Origin: Lenisia limosa
Lineage: Eukaryota > Protista > Breviatea
Assembly (NCBI GenBank): GCA_001655205.1
Contig: LPNZ01009557.1
Span: forward strand, 1 to 43,470
Direction of reading: 5' to 3'
DNA: 43,470 nt
Shown here: piece by piece, positions 23,271 to 35,314 of the stretch
Numbering within the stretch: the first letter of the stretch is position 1
Layout: the number at the start of each line of letters is the position of its first letter
Notes under the pieces: generated by a model
What the model was told of the DNA's origin: nothing
Database searches by the model: none
The model's input: only the letters and a program-made list of their open reading frames with translations
Program-made: the position numbers and the translations under genes

Positions 23271-26015
23271 TTAATAAGTGGCAGCAGCGTATCCTCCTGT
23301 GCTTCCACTGGGAGGGGGCTAAAAAAGTGAGATGAAAATCGTTTGGAAGGTAACTAACTTACCAAAGTAGCTGGTTGAGGAGAAGGCCTAAAAAGGTGAG
23401 AGGGAACGTGCTTATCAGAGGGAATGTAGTTCAATGCCAAACTATCATATGTGATAACATTATTATTTCATGAGTATATATTTGGCATACTTAAGAGTGG
23501 CGTTGTTGTATGACGGAGGAGGTCCATAAGATGGTGTTTGCTGGGCTGTGGGAGCTAAATCAATTAGTGTGATAGAATTTCAGTCTATTTTTTGGACCAA
23601 AGAAGCCCAAACCACCACTCAAAAGAATCCCAAGCCCCTCAAAAATGAAGCCCAAACCACTCACCACTTGGTTGCACGCTGTAATGGGAAGAGGGGGCAG
23701 GAGGTCCGGCTGATGGGGCGGGAACACTAGAATCGGCTACAAGATGAGTAAAATGTCTTGGAAGTAGGGCTTCACTTGGTCGAAAAAAGACTGAATTTCT
23801 CGATAAATCCTCGAAAACTATCGATATTTTCCCGAACCGAAGTGAAGCCTGACTTGGAAGGTCTTAGGAAAATGAGGAAGCGATATAAAAATAAGCTTAC
23901 CTCCGTAATTGGGTCCGGAGTTTGCGGGAAGTTGATCTTTTGGTGAGCTCTTCTTGCCAAAACCCTGTATGATGAGTGGGTACGAGCAGAAACTTCACTT
24001 CGGTCGAAAAAGATACATTTCTCAACAAACAAAATAATAAGGCACCATGAATCTACGTATAAACATTCCCTTTTGAACTAAAGCAATGAAGGGAGTAGTC
24101 AATAATTAGTAGGGAGGAAGAGCTTACAAAGGCTCCACGAATGGCATTCTTGGCATTACTTACAGCAGCCTGAACCTAAACAAAAAAATTACAAATAAAT
24201 AAATGAAATAAAGCTACCCAGAAGGAAACAATCAAAAAACAAAAACAAAAACTACCCCTCTACCGATTCGGTGGCTCTGTCTGCTTGTAAATACCCTTGA
24301 ACCTAAGGAAATAAAAGCGGGAACAAAAAAAAAGAAAACCTCAGTCCACTCACTTTTTTGCAGTTCACAGCTGACATTCTACTTCCCATGATAAAAACAC
24401 GGTTACTTGAGCCTAGGAGGGATAAGCTATTGCGAAAATAAAGTTATAAGCCAAAGAAGCATAACAGAATGGTTTCCTGTGTGAAAGAGGAAACCGTTCA
24501 GCCCCACTACTTACCCCATTTCGCTTTGACAACGACACAGGAGTAGCCACCGCATGCATTATCCGTGAAGGTTGAGACGCAAGTGTTCTCTAAACGGCTA
24601 AGTAGTAGTTTTGGAGGTTGTGATAACACCTCTCCTTTAAACCCTCACTTTCCTCAACACTACCACCAATTCCACTTTTCTCAACACTACCACAAATTCC
24701 ACTTTTCTCAACACTACCACCAATCTCACTTTTCTCAACACTAACATCAATGATGTCAGACCGATTGAAGCGTCCACGACGGGAATAAAAGCCCTACACT
24801 GTCACTGCTTCATTGCAACAGGAAACCCCTCAAATTATTGGGAAACACAAGCAAGTTTCAGAATAAAATTGTCCCAACCTAACAATGTCTTTCAAGTGAT
24901 CCAGAATTTTGGTCTTTTTTGGAATGAAATAATAATTAGAAGTTGCATATCAAAATCAAAATACTAATTGTGAAATAAGAGGGCTTTTTACAATTTTGAA
25001 TAATCTTAGAACGGCAGAGAATGGCTAAAAAGAAGCCTTGCCTACATTGTCCAAATGAGGGAAGTCACGGTAGGTAATTTCGTCTCCATCCTGACGAACG
25101 AAGTCATTGTCTTGGGTCATCTCAGCCCTGATCGTTAACACCATTGTAAACAGCAATCATCATCTCAAATAAACATTGGGTCAGAGAGCAAAAAAGTTAC
25201 TTTTCCTTATTATACCAATATTTATCACAAAATAAGACTTTAGGACCGTAGTGAATCCCTCCTCCCTACAATATAGCCCGGTGGCCAAAAGCGCAACACA
25301 GGGCACCAAGGCAGAAAATGAAAGCTCCTCCAACCATAGCCCCCGTTTCACCGCCAGCTGCAGCAGCAACAACCCCAGAAATCTAAAGGTAAGGCTTGAA
25401 AAAGATGGTAGTATGCTATAATTACCCTGAATACAAACCTCCCTCTTACAACAAAGACAATTCCAATTAGGGTGAGCGCAATTCCAAAAAGGACGATAAA
25501 AGGGTTCTCACTCCTTGGTTTGTTCTGCTCAATCAGAAGAAAACGGAAACCCCATTCTTGAAACAAATGTGACATATAATCAAACCTCAACGAGAAAGTC
25601 AGGCATTTTGGAACCTGAGTTGTGCCAGAGGGAGGTGGAGGTTTTGGAAAGGAACGGTCGCTGTTGCTGCTGACTGTGGCTGAATCTCTCTCGGCTGAAT
25701 AATTATATTGCCTGCAAGGGATGGGAGGACTGGTTCTGGCAGTTTGGATGTTTGGATTTTTTGGGGCATCATTTTACGTCTATAGGTAGAGGTGGGTCCC
25801 CCATGTTAGACTTTTTTAAAAAAAAAGAACGAAAAAAAAAGGACCCATGAAGGNNNNNNNNNNNNNNNNNNNNNNNNNNNNNNNNNNNNNNNNNNNNNNN
25901 NNNNNNNNNNNNNNNNNNNNNNNNNNNNNNNNNNNNNNNNNNNNNNNNNNNGGGCAAGAAGTAGTTCTTTAAGCGGACGATGATATCTATGGAGCACAGC
26001 CACAAAGCCTTTCAT
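23271..26015 (-). CDS. Hypothetical membrane protein (2 TM helices, Pro-rich tail with PPxY); 5' end uncertain
   Basis: Exons give PFIVLFGIALTLIGIVFV|ISGVVAAAAGGETGAMVGGAFIFCLGALCCAF (2 TM), GFYSRRGRFNRSDIIDVSVEK, ..SVPAPSAGPPAPLP.., TPSYGPPPSYNN, and a last exon PPPSGSTGGYAAATY*. Confidence 0.7.
23765..23850. mobile_element. MITE-like element with terminal inverted repeats
   Basis: The left end tagggcttcacttggtcg is complementary to the right end cgaaccgaagtgaagcct. The element is intronic. Confidence 0.7.
23992..24030. mobile_element. MITE-like element fragment
   Basis: cttcactttcggtcgaaaaagatacatttctc matches the left end of the 23765 copy. Confidence 0.5.
24644..24751. repeat. 27-bp tandem repeat, 4 copies, overlapping an exon end and 5' splice site of the minus-strand gene
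   Basis: Unit approximately ccacttttctcaacactaccaccaatt; the minus strand reads SVEKSEIGG/SVEKSGICG/SVEKSGIGG/SVEESEG. Confidence 0.92.
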
Positions 26016-26269
26016 TGTATCTGCTTCTATGTTAGTTTTCTTTCCAAAGTCTTTTGTGGATGGTGGTGTGGTTCTGGGGTGAGATGATCAGCATTTGTTT
26101 TTTTTTAAAAGATGCAAAATGTGTATCGGAACCCCAGGTTCTTGGAAATATTAATTTTTTGCCATTTAGATTTGATATTTCAGAATATTTTGCGTTTTGG
26201 AGCATTGTAATTTCAAGTTCAAGTTCAAATTCAAGAAGAGAGAAAGAGAGACCTCAATATCTGCTCAAT

Positions 26270-27588
26270 ATGGGAGAAATTTATGTGTCAGCGCTTTTAA
26301 AGTACAAGTGTGAAGCAGAGTCCTCAACATTTCCTCCTCCAGAATGTGTATGTACTCAAAATCTGACCCCTTTTTTTTAACTTTACTCCAGGTGGAAATT
26401 AAAGACTCTGATGTAAAAAAAATTCAAGAAGGAAAACCCTTCAAATATACTGAGGTTTGCTCTGCTGCCCAATTAATTGTTTGCAGATGAATAATAACAG
26501 CGACTTGGTCAAAAGCATGGCGTTGAACGGCTTCAACCTTACTCCAGATCCATACCCAGAAGTCCCATCTCTTACTGTAAGTAACCTGTTCCACTTCTCC
26601 AACTTAACCAAAATAGAAAATTGTTTTTGCTGGACTCGTTGACGATAAAATTAAGGAGGTGGGTATGATGATGATTCCAAATTCTATCACAACAAGCTCA
26701 CTCTTTTTGTTGAAACGGCAATCTGAGATACTTCCATACATATCACCTGGATTTTTTTATTGTTTGTTTGTTTTAACCTTTCAGTTGGGTGGAGAACTTG
26801 CTGAAAACAACCGCTCCTCTAATGTTGAAAACCGCCTTCCTTTCCATGAAGATATCGAGACTGTTTGCGTGGTTTTTTTTTTTTGAATGCACAAACAACA
26901 CCCCTGTGTATCTGTCTTTCTTATCATTCAACCACGTAGCTTTGTTCCTGACCCCCTATAGTTGGTGACTGAGGTTGCTAAGGAGAAAGGAGTGCCTCTC
27001 AGTGACGCCATGCCAGCCTGGCAATGCTGCATTTGCGGTTTGCACTTTGGGCTGCTCAAATTTGATACATACAGCTGAGTTGATTAGCAACATTATGTTC
27101 CCACCAATTATTGAACTACAGCAGATTTACGCCCATGGCTTCTTTTATGTTGGATTCTTAGAATACTCTCTTGGCACGGCTGTGCATGTATTTGTCAGCT
27201 AATTGCTCAGGACATGTTACTTGCGGTATTGCGCCTTTCAGATACACACCCTCTATCGACCTCTTGGTAAGCTTGATGCTTTTTTGAGATTGAATCTTTA
27301 TTACTACAAATGAGGGTTGCAGAACAATACAAGGGATTAGTGTTAGTTTTCTGTGGTTTACCCTTTGACGTAAAATAAATAAATAAAATGTCATCTTATC
27401 GTTTCAGTTCCATGGGCCCCAGTGTCTTTCATGCTGCCAAGACCACCTTAAGGTTTGTCGTATTCAACTGTTATGATTGTTAGTATGTCGTATTAAATTG
27501 TGATTGTTAACTCCTGTAGGTTCTGAAGATCAGGAAGCAAAAGATTGAAGAGAGGAAGGCTAAGAAGGCTGCTGAGGAAAACAAGTAA
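26270..27588 (+). CDS. Small hypothetical protein (about 120 aa, 6 exons, all phase-0 introns)
   Basis: MGEIY|VEIKDSDVKKIQEGKPFKYTE|MNNNSDLVKSMALNGFNLTPDPYPEVPSLT|LGGELAENNRSSNVENRLPFHEDIET|FHGPQCLSCCQDHLK|VLKIRKQKIEERKAKKAAEENK*, with canonical splice sites throughout. Confidence 0.7.
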
Positions 27589-27756
27589 TCGCTCCTCCCC
27601 GCCAAGCATCTCTCAATTTATTGTTTTTGTTTTTGTATATTATTTTATTATTCCACTAAATTTTCATTTTCCATAATGATAAACTGTCCATTGTAAATAG
27701 AAAAACAGATATATTGTACAAGAAAACAAAAGGAGAACCAGGCTGACCTCCAACCT

Positions 27757-30700
27757 TTACAAACCTATTAACAAAGATGTACATGTGCATTACGATAGTC
27801 GAAATGCTTACGCCCTGCTGGTCGACCGGAGAGTCCCACAGTTCCAATCACCTGAAAATCAGCAACTGGGCAGAGTGTCAAATCAGAGGTGGTTACAAAA
27901 AAAGTAGACTGTATTGAATAAGACCCAAGATTATCTTTACACTTTCCATCAAACTCAAAACAAAAAATCACAAAATATAAAATTTTATACCGTCAGCCTG
28001 AAATCTGAGCCCATTTACCTTAGAAGCTGGGCGACCTTGCTGGTCCATAGTATTCACCATGTCACTTGCATAGGCTTGGAATCTTGAATCTTCCTGCATT
28101 TGTCGACGACGCATGTCATCAGCCTGTTTAGTCATATCTTAACTTCGTTCTCCACCATACCTCTATACGTAAAGCCTGTCTCTCTCGCTCTTCCAGCTGT
28201 CTTTTGGTCTCCTGAGTGTTATTAGTTTGTGATAATGTTTTTAGTTAAAAATTACACATATCCTGATTATTAGACCAACAATTTGCTCCTTAAGGTAATT
28301 CTGAAGCTCCATTGCCTTTTCACGTCTTTTCTTTCCACTATCCTTCTCTTTCACAGCATGATCTAGAATTTGTAAGAAAAGTATAGAATTGATAAGCTGC
28401 AAGAAAAGTTTTTCCTATATTAATGCTAATTTCTTGCTTCATTAAAACGTCATAAGATGTATGAACAAAGGGTGAAGGATAATGATTATATATTATAGCA
28501 ATGAGATATAAAAAATAAAGATGTATCTGGCCGAAGCCGNNNNNNNNNNNNNNNNNNNNNNNNNNNNNNNNNNNNNNNNNNNGCCTTACTTGCGTGCCTC
28601 CCCAGGATAACGATTAGGAAAGAATAACGAATAGGGATTTGCAATGAAGGAAATAAATAGTAATATAAAAAAAAATTATCGGGGAAGGGGGTTTTGGAAC
28701 TGAAGAGAGGCCCTCATAGTTATCAAGAAACTTGACAATGCAAACCATTAGCCTCTTGGAGATGAATATCTCGAATCTTCTGCTCTGTTTTGCGCAATTC
28801 TTCGCGTTCAGACTAAAAGGTTGGTAGGGTGTGGGTACTTTCCGAATCACATACTCAACTACTCACCTCTTTTCGCTGCATTGAAAGTTGTCGAGAAGTG
28901 TAAATATCCTGTTTCTGCCTCTCAAGCATTTTTTGTCTTTGGGCTTCAGCATTGATATTTCTAAAAAAAAAGTCAAAGCATCCAACACCCTCAACAAGAC
29001 ACTGTCCTATTAATTATATCCATTGATTTCCCCTTTCTTATCCCGCCAACCTTTGTTCAGCGATTGCAACTTCACGTTCCACTCTAATATCCTCCTTTCG
29101 GGAGAAGTCGACAAGATGCTTGCTTCCTTCGTCAATGAGACGTTGACGCATTTTCTAAGATGTTATTTGAGCCCTTCAAAGCAAGATGTACACCGTTTGG
29201 TGATAATGCTACAAGCCACTCTAGCCCCCCGTAAAAAAGTTTAATTGAATAAAACTTGCATTCTGAGAAGGAAGGTTTGAGAGAGCACAAGGACCCTCTG
29301 TTTCAGAGAAAGCCAGGATCCTTTGATGGAGCAAATTTCTGATTTCTCGATCTTTTCACTTTTCAAATGATTGGATCTTGACACAATTTTACCCTCTGAA
29401 GCTATAAAAATTGTATCTTATTTTTTTAAAAAAAAAAGTGATGAAATGTAGAAATGATATGTGAAACAGGTGTACTATATATGACCTAAGTCATCCATAT
29501 CACCACGCTTAGTGGGCCCAGCACACTGTTTTCTCCATTGTAACACGTTCGCGTTCAGCACGAAGTTTCTCATCCCTCTCTTCTTTGCTCCGAGCTTCAC
29601 GAGCAATCTAAAAACAATGAGTAAAACCGAGGACACAGTTCAAAAAATTTAAAAAGTTTCTTGAAATGATTGCATATTTTGAGCATTATGCATAAAAAAA
29701 AAAAAAAGTATTTCCGAAGTGCTATGATCGCGAGAAGCAAAAACGAGTACCCACTCTTTCATCTTCTTCCCGTTCAGCCTGCATTTCTTTTTCCTTGAAA
29801 GACTTCTGGCGGTCATTGTAGTGTAATACCTTGAAGATCAGATGAACTCATATTGGATAATACATACATAGCAATGAGAAATAAAAAATAAGGTTATATG
29901 TCCACACCATCACGCTTAGAAGAGATATTGTTATAGTATAATATTAATTCACCCAATCATTTGCCTTATTGGATCATAGATATCGTGTAGATTCCAATAA
30001 CACACTAACCTGTACGGCATTCTCCCTGTCCTTTTCTAGTCGCTTCCTCTCCTTCGCTTCTTCTTCCTCTTTGAAAGCAATGCTATCTAGCCGCATTTGA
30101 GAGGCAATCCTCCTGTCTTCCTCCAGCGCCTCCTTCTTGCGCGCTTCAGCCTGGGAAGTAACATTGACTGAAGGAAAATAGTAAAGAAGGTGAGTGATGA
30201 AGAATAGTATTACAGGTTGGCATTTTCCCACTTCAGCTTTCTGTTTAGCCAAANNNNNNNNNNNNNNNNNNNNNNNNNNNNNNNNNNNNNNNNNNNNNNN
30301 NNNNNNNNNNNNNNNNNNNNNNNNNNNNNNNNNNNNNNNNNNNNNNNNNNNNNNNNNNNNNNNNNNNNNNNNNNNNNNNNNNNNNNNNNNNNNNNNNNNN
30401 NNNNNNNNNNNNNNNNNNNNNNNNNNNNNNNNNNNNNNNNNNNNNNNNNNNNNNNNNNNNNNNNNNNNNNNNTTTTTCTCTCCTGCTCCTTCTGACGAGA
30501 CTTCATGTCGTTCTAATCGAACCATAAGTAGAGAATCATTTAATTCGAACAGACAGGGAAGATACCAATATGTATCAAGAAATGTAGTCTTTTTGGGAGC
30601 GAAATTATTCTCTATCAATGGTTCCTTAAAAGACAAGGTAAAGGGGTTCAATCACCCAGGAAACTATTCACGGCAAATGATACACTAAACTTTCAGTTTT

Positions 30701-31795
30701 TTTTTTTTTTTTTTTTTTTNNNNNNNNNNNNNNNNNNNNNNNNNNNNNNNNNNNNNNNNNNNNNNNNNNNNNNNNNNNNNNNNNNNNNNNNNNNNNNNNN
30801 NNNNNNNNNNNNNNNNNNNNNNNNATTCAATGCCGAATAATGAAATAGACAGACGCCAATTCCAACTTTGATCTCAATTTGCTTTTGGCGCTCTTCCAAA
30901 ACATCAGCTACAAGAAGCTGAAGAAGTAACGGGGATAGATAAAATAAAACTGGAGAAGGGCAGATAAAAAGACAGACAACGCACTTTGGATTTCAGAGTT
31001 CGAACTTCATCCTTTTGTTCATACTGCAGGTCCTTAGCACGTTGCACAACCTCCAATTTCTGTCTCTCTTGTATTTTCACCTCTTCTTCATCCTAGGGAA
31101 TAATTAATCAAAATGAGGAAGAAAATAGTCTTATTTCCACCCTCGTACAAGGGCGACACGGGCAGCCTCCTCTGCCTCCAAGCGGGCGGCTCTTTGCTGC
31201 ACCTAAACTCATAAAAACAAAACAATAACTTAAATACAATGGGATGATGTTATTACTCTTTTGTTGGTGAAGAATACCTCTTAAATCCCATTTCTAATTC
31301 TTAAAAAGACCCTCATAAAAAAGGAACATCACAATACAATATACTGAGGCAAACCTTGCGTTTCGCATCTGCTTCGATTGTGTTGGCTGAAAAAAAGATT
31401 AACTCTTCTATAAATGGAGGATAGGTGAATGGCAAGGCTGTACAGTAGTTGGAGGGCAACATCACTGGGGCTTTACCCGTTTTTATTAAAAGTAACCTCG
31501 TTATATCCGCCTACACCACTGTGAAGCTCTTTGTTTACTGGTGGCAGCTCGGATTTTTCGTTGCTCTGCCGGAGAGATTTGTGAAGTTGAAGACTTTGGT
31601 GTCTTCTAAAGCATATATAAGACGTTTTATCTACTATAATAATATTTACCTGGACTGAGGCGCGAATACGGCTAACATCAGCAGCTGAAACGACTGCGAA
31701 ATCCTGTAGAGTTTACGCAAGCAATATACCCCTTCAATTCATTAGCAAACTATATTAAAACACATTCATTACTAGGAATCTCCACATACCGCCAT
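27757..31795 (-). CDS. TPH-domain coiled-coil protein resembling CFAP210/CCDC173 (axonemal microtubule inner protein)
   Basis: MA|DFAVVSAADVSRIRASVQ, KQRASQWSNTIEADAKRK (W-x-N-T motif), DEEEVKIQERQKLEVVQRAKDLQYEQKDEVRTLKS, LLVADVLEERQKQIEIK, E/K/R-rich coiled-coil exons, and a C-terminal SRFQAYASDMVNTMDQQGRP. The family assignment comes from recalled motifs, not a search. Confidence 0.7.
28495..28539 (-). repeat. Intronic hairpin element, copy C (truncated by an N gap)
   Basis: Sense sequence cGGCTTCGGCCagatacatctttattttttatatctcattgctat. Confidence 0.8.
29476..29512 (-). repeat. Intronic hairpin element, copy E (diverged, compensatory changes)
   Basis: Sense sequence ctaagcgtggtgatatggatGACTTAGGTCatatata aligns without gaps to the consensus core. 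Confidence 0.7.
29868..29926 (-). repeat. Intronic hairpin element, copy D (apical hairpin deleted)
   Basis: Sense sequence atctcttctaagcgtgatggtgtggac[deletion]atataaccttattttttatttctcattgctat. Confidence 0.8.
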
Positions 31796-31971
31796 TATCT
31801 TGTTCACAGAATAAACTGTTGACTTTTTCGGGATACTTTATGGATTGATTAATGTTGTGGTGAGTGGTGTATGGACTTAATTTATTATTCCCAACACAAT
31901 TCGTTTTTCGTGAACATACTTTCTTTGGGGTTTATATGTATAATTGGGCGCCACCCCTCCGCCCGCCGCTT
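31796..31971. promoter_or_regulatory. Putative bidirectional promoter (CFAP210-like / ankyrin gene)
   Basis: About 175 bp separate the divergent putative starts, including a GC-rich patch gggcgccacccctccgcccgccgc. Confidence 0.4.
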
Positions 31972-34900
31972 ATGGAAAGTTGCTTTCTGTCAAATTCTTC
32001 TTTTGAAAAAAAAAGAGTCAGTTCACATTATATTTTCTAATGCAAAGCTGATTCAAAGTTTATTGGATTCAATCAATATCCAACCGCAATTGCAACCAAA
32101 GCGGATTGCAACATTTTGTCATAAGCCATCAATTACCAGGTTTCTTCATTCCACCCATATTTCAGGCTGCATGTAACAGTATATGTGGTGGGTGAATTTT
32201 AGGTCAAATGTTTTGTATTAAGAAGCCTTCAGTTCAAACATTTTCTCTTAAGGTATGATAAATACCGTAACAATTTCCATATGGTGCTATTTGACTTCGT
32301 TTTTAGAACATAAAGAAAGAGGTTTTTGACGCCTGTCAAAAGGGTGATGCTGCCAAATTTGGAGAATATTTGTCGACAGTAGAGCTTTATGGAGTAAATA
32401 GTTCTGTATGTAAATAAAGACCAAATTAACTATTATGTAGGGCGAAAGTGTTGGCCACATTCTGGCAAAAGAGGATCATTGTCACGTCATTTCAATTTAC
32501 CACAGAGTGGATGTTTGGGATTTACCTGACTTCTTTGTACGCAACGTTTTTTACTTGACATTTAGGGAAATCATGCAATTCATATGGCCGCATATTATGG
32601 TCACACTGGTGCTTGCATTGAGTTATTCGCTGCAGGGGTACAGATAGATTCAACCAATTCTTTTGTAAGGGGCTTGAATATTTCTTTTTGTGATATTTGA
32701 TTTTGTAGAAATGTACTCCCTTGCATTTAGCAACAAGGGAAGGTCATATTGAAACAGCAATTCAACTTTTGGCACTTGGTAAGCAATTGACCCAGAGAAA
32801 ATAACAATTCATTTTCAATTGTTATATTGATAGCAATACGAGTTGCTCTTATGTTCTCATTACATATTAGCATCTAATTATTTAGGAGCAAATGCATCAT
32901 GGCAAGACACAGTGGTAAGACATTTTGTAATAACATCTTCAGCGAAGAAGCCCTCTACATTACGCCTGTGAAAAAGGATACTTGGATTTAATCATACCTT
33001 TAGTATGTTCAGGAGGTGCGGATGTTAATTGTGCAGACATTGAGGTAGGTTATTTGTCTATTACATTTGAAGAAGAACACTCCTTTGCACATTGCTTGTA
33101 AAAGAGGATGTGTTGTCATGGTTGAGCTGTTAAAAAATCTAATGGCAACATCCACAGTCAATAGATACGTAAGCATACTGAAATATCACAAATAGGGTGC
33201 TACACCATTGCATTACGCAGTTGTTCACAACGAAATATCTGCTTTGCTCCAAGTGCTAACAGGTCTGTTACGGTTTCATTACCCCCAAAGTACCTCCTCT
33301 TCTTAACTAACTCTCTTAGATAAAAATTTTTCTGCTATTGATGAAAATGTATGGTGGATTGTTTTAAAATTTCCATTATCCCTCTTTACTGTAAAAGGGC
33401 GACACCCCAATGCATATCGCTGCAAAACATGGACACTTTCATCATCTTGAAGTTATGTTCCTTGTTCAGGCTGATTTTACAGTGAGAAATAATCAAGTAA
33501 GCATTAATTATATGTGTCGGTATATTGACCATTCAGGATATGACAGTTTTGGGATGTGCATCAACTGCTGCCGCCATTGCAGTTATATTAGCACTTTGTA
33601 CTTTGAAAATCCAAGAAATGCCGTTATATTACAAAGTAATCCGAAGCAAATTGACCAAATAGGACCCAGAACCTAATATAGCTGTAGTTTCAATTTCTGA
33701 TCGAGCACCTATTAATCTCTGTGGTAAGTTGGGATTTGCAATCTATACTAATCGTTCGAGGATTACAAAGAATACACAGTCTGTTTTCAAAACAATGTTC
33801 AAGCATGCATCTATGCATTACACAACAATAGCGTTGAAAATGCAGATTCAAAAAATACCATCCTTTCACAACTTTAGGGGAAGCGGTGTCTCGTGTCCTT
33901 TTGGAAACCCTTGGTTTTGTCGGACTGATAGGAAACAAGGTATTTCCTGTAAGTTGTGTTATTTAAATATCAGGATAACACCAAATCCATCGAACGAAAA
34001 AACTTCCTGACATTCTGCGACTCGCATAGAAAGAAAAACACAACCGCTCCAACCTGCAAGAAATGTCAACATGCCCTCGACTCTGAAAACTTTTTCTACC
34101 AATTACAAATTACAATTGAAGCTTCTTCAGTAGGCGCGCCATTAGTCATGGTTTATCATCGTTTAGGCTTGTAATGATGCTAAACTCTACAAGAACTGCT
34201 TTGAAACTGAGCAGAACTCCAAAAAGTAGGACGTTCATCTTTTGATCTGCTAATTAACACTTGAAGCGAACGTGGAAAGCGCAAGCCGACCGGATTTGTT
34301 GGTAATGTGAGCAAGCTGAGTGCTACAGAAAATCAATCTCATACACAAGGTACTTAACTGCATCCGCCGTACCCCTTCTGTCAATGAGTATCATGGAAGA
34401 GAACGCTTGGCCTACTTAGATGTTATGCACCCACCAGTTCAGGCAAGTCAGGTTAGTTTAGTAAAACGAAGCAATTATACTGTAGACCGTTTTGGACTCG
34501 GATATTATGCTGATCCCTGGCTGTCGACAGTGCCAAAAAGACTCTTACGTTTGTTCCAATTGTGAGTACTAATTGTCCTTTAGATATCACCCTCGATTGA
34601 ATTGATCAAACAGTCCCCAACTGTAGGAAAGTCCCTCCTGTCTCACTTGCAGCATTTAAGTTCTGAAGTACTTCGAACGCTTATGGCATGGAAGCTCAAG
34701 AACCGCCCCATTCAACAAGTCAAACTGTCCACGTCCATTGGTTTAGCTTCCACTTCACAACTTCAGGAAAATAGCCCTTCTAATTCCACCGATAATGACA
34801 TTGACATTTTCACTCCTGGTTAGAGCCCCTTCCTCCACCCCAATTACAATTTAGTTCAAATCCACACCCCTCAAAGCACCATCCAAGTCAAAGGTCCCAT

Positions 34901-35055
34901 CTCTCTCACCGCAATTCGAACAACTGGATCTATGGTTGAAAGTTTTATTGATTCTTCAGCAAATTTTCCTGTAAGTTCATTGTTCAGCATTTCATTATTA
35001 TCAGGGGTCGGTGAATGGTTCGTCGTCAATCTCAGGCCCAGTAAAGCCCATGTAA
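31972..35055 (+). CDS. Ankyrin repeat protein with a C-terminal Cys-containing region; start and some 3' exon phases uncertain
   Basis: About 8 ankyrin exons (GNHAIHMAAYYGH.., KCTPLHLATREGH.., RRSPLHYACEKG.., KNTPLHIACKRG.., GATPLHYAVVHN.., GDTPMHIAAKHGH..). These are followed by FCDSH..TCKKCQH and possibly GCRQCQKDSYVCSN, and a last exon GSVNGSSSISGPVKPM*. Confidence 0.8.
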
Positions 35056-35314
35056 CGCAAAATTTAGATCTTTAAGTACAGTATTTCAATTGTATGGTGA
35101 TGTGAAATGCCAAAAGAGGTGGCTAGTTGGACCGAGGGTGTCCACACCATTACGTTTCTCAGGATATAACAACGATATTGTATGGTTCAAATGAGAAGAG
35201 TCAAGTAGTAATAGCTACAATAATTCATGTTATAAAGTGAAAATTACAGCTATTTGGGATGAAGTGAATACACAATATAAATAAAAATACAAAACACACA
35301 TACTACCTTACACA

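Noticed and set aside
24644-24751. CRISPR-like array
   Set aside because: The units are contiguous with no unique spacers, the context is eukaryotic, and there are no cas genes; it is a minisatellite.
27520-27588. Ribosomal protein C-terminus (KIEERKAKKAAEENK)
   Set aside because: The upstream exons show no recognisable ribosomal-protein motif; the Lys-rich tail is non-specific.
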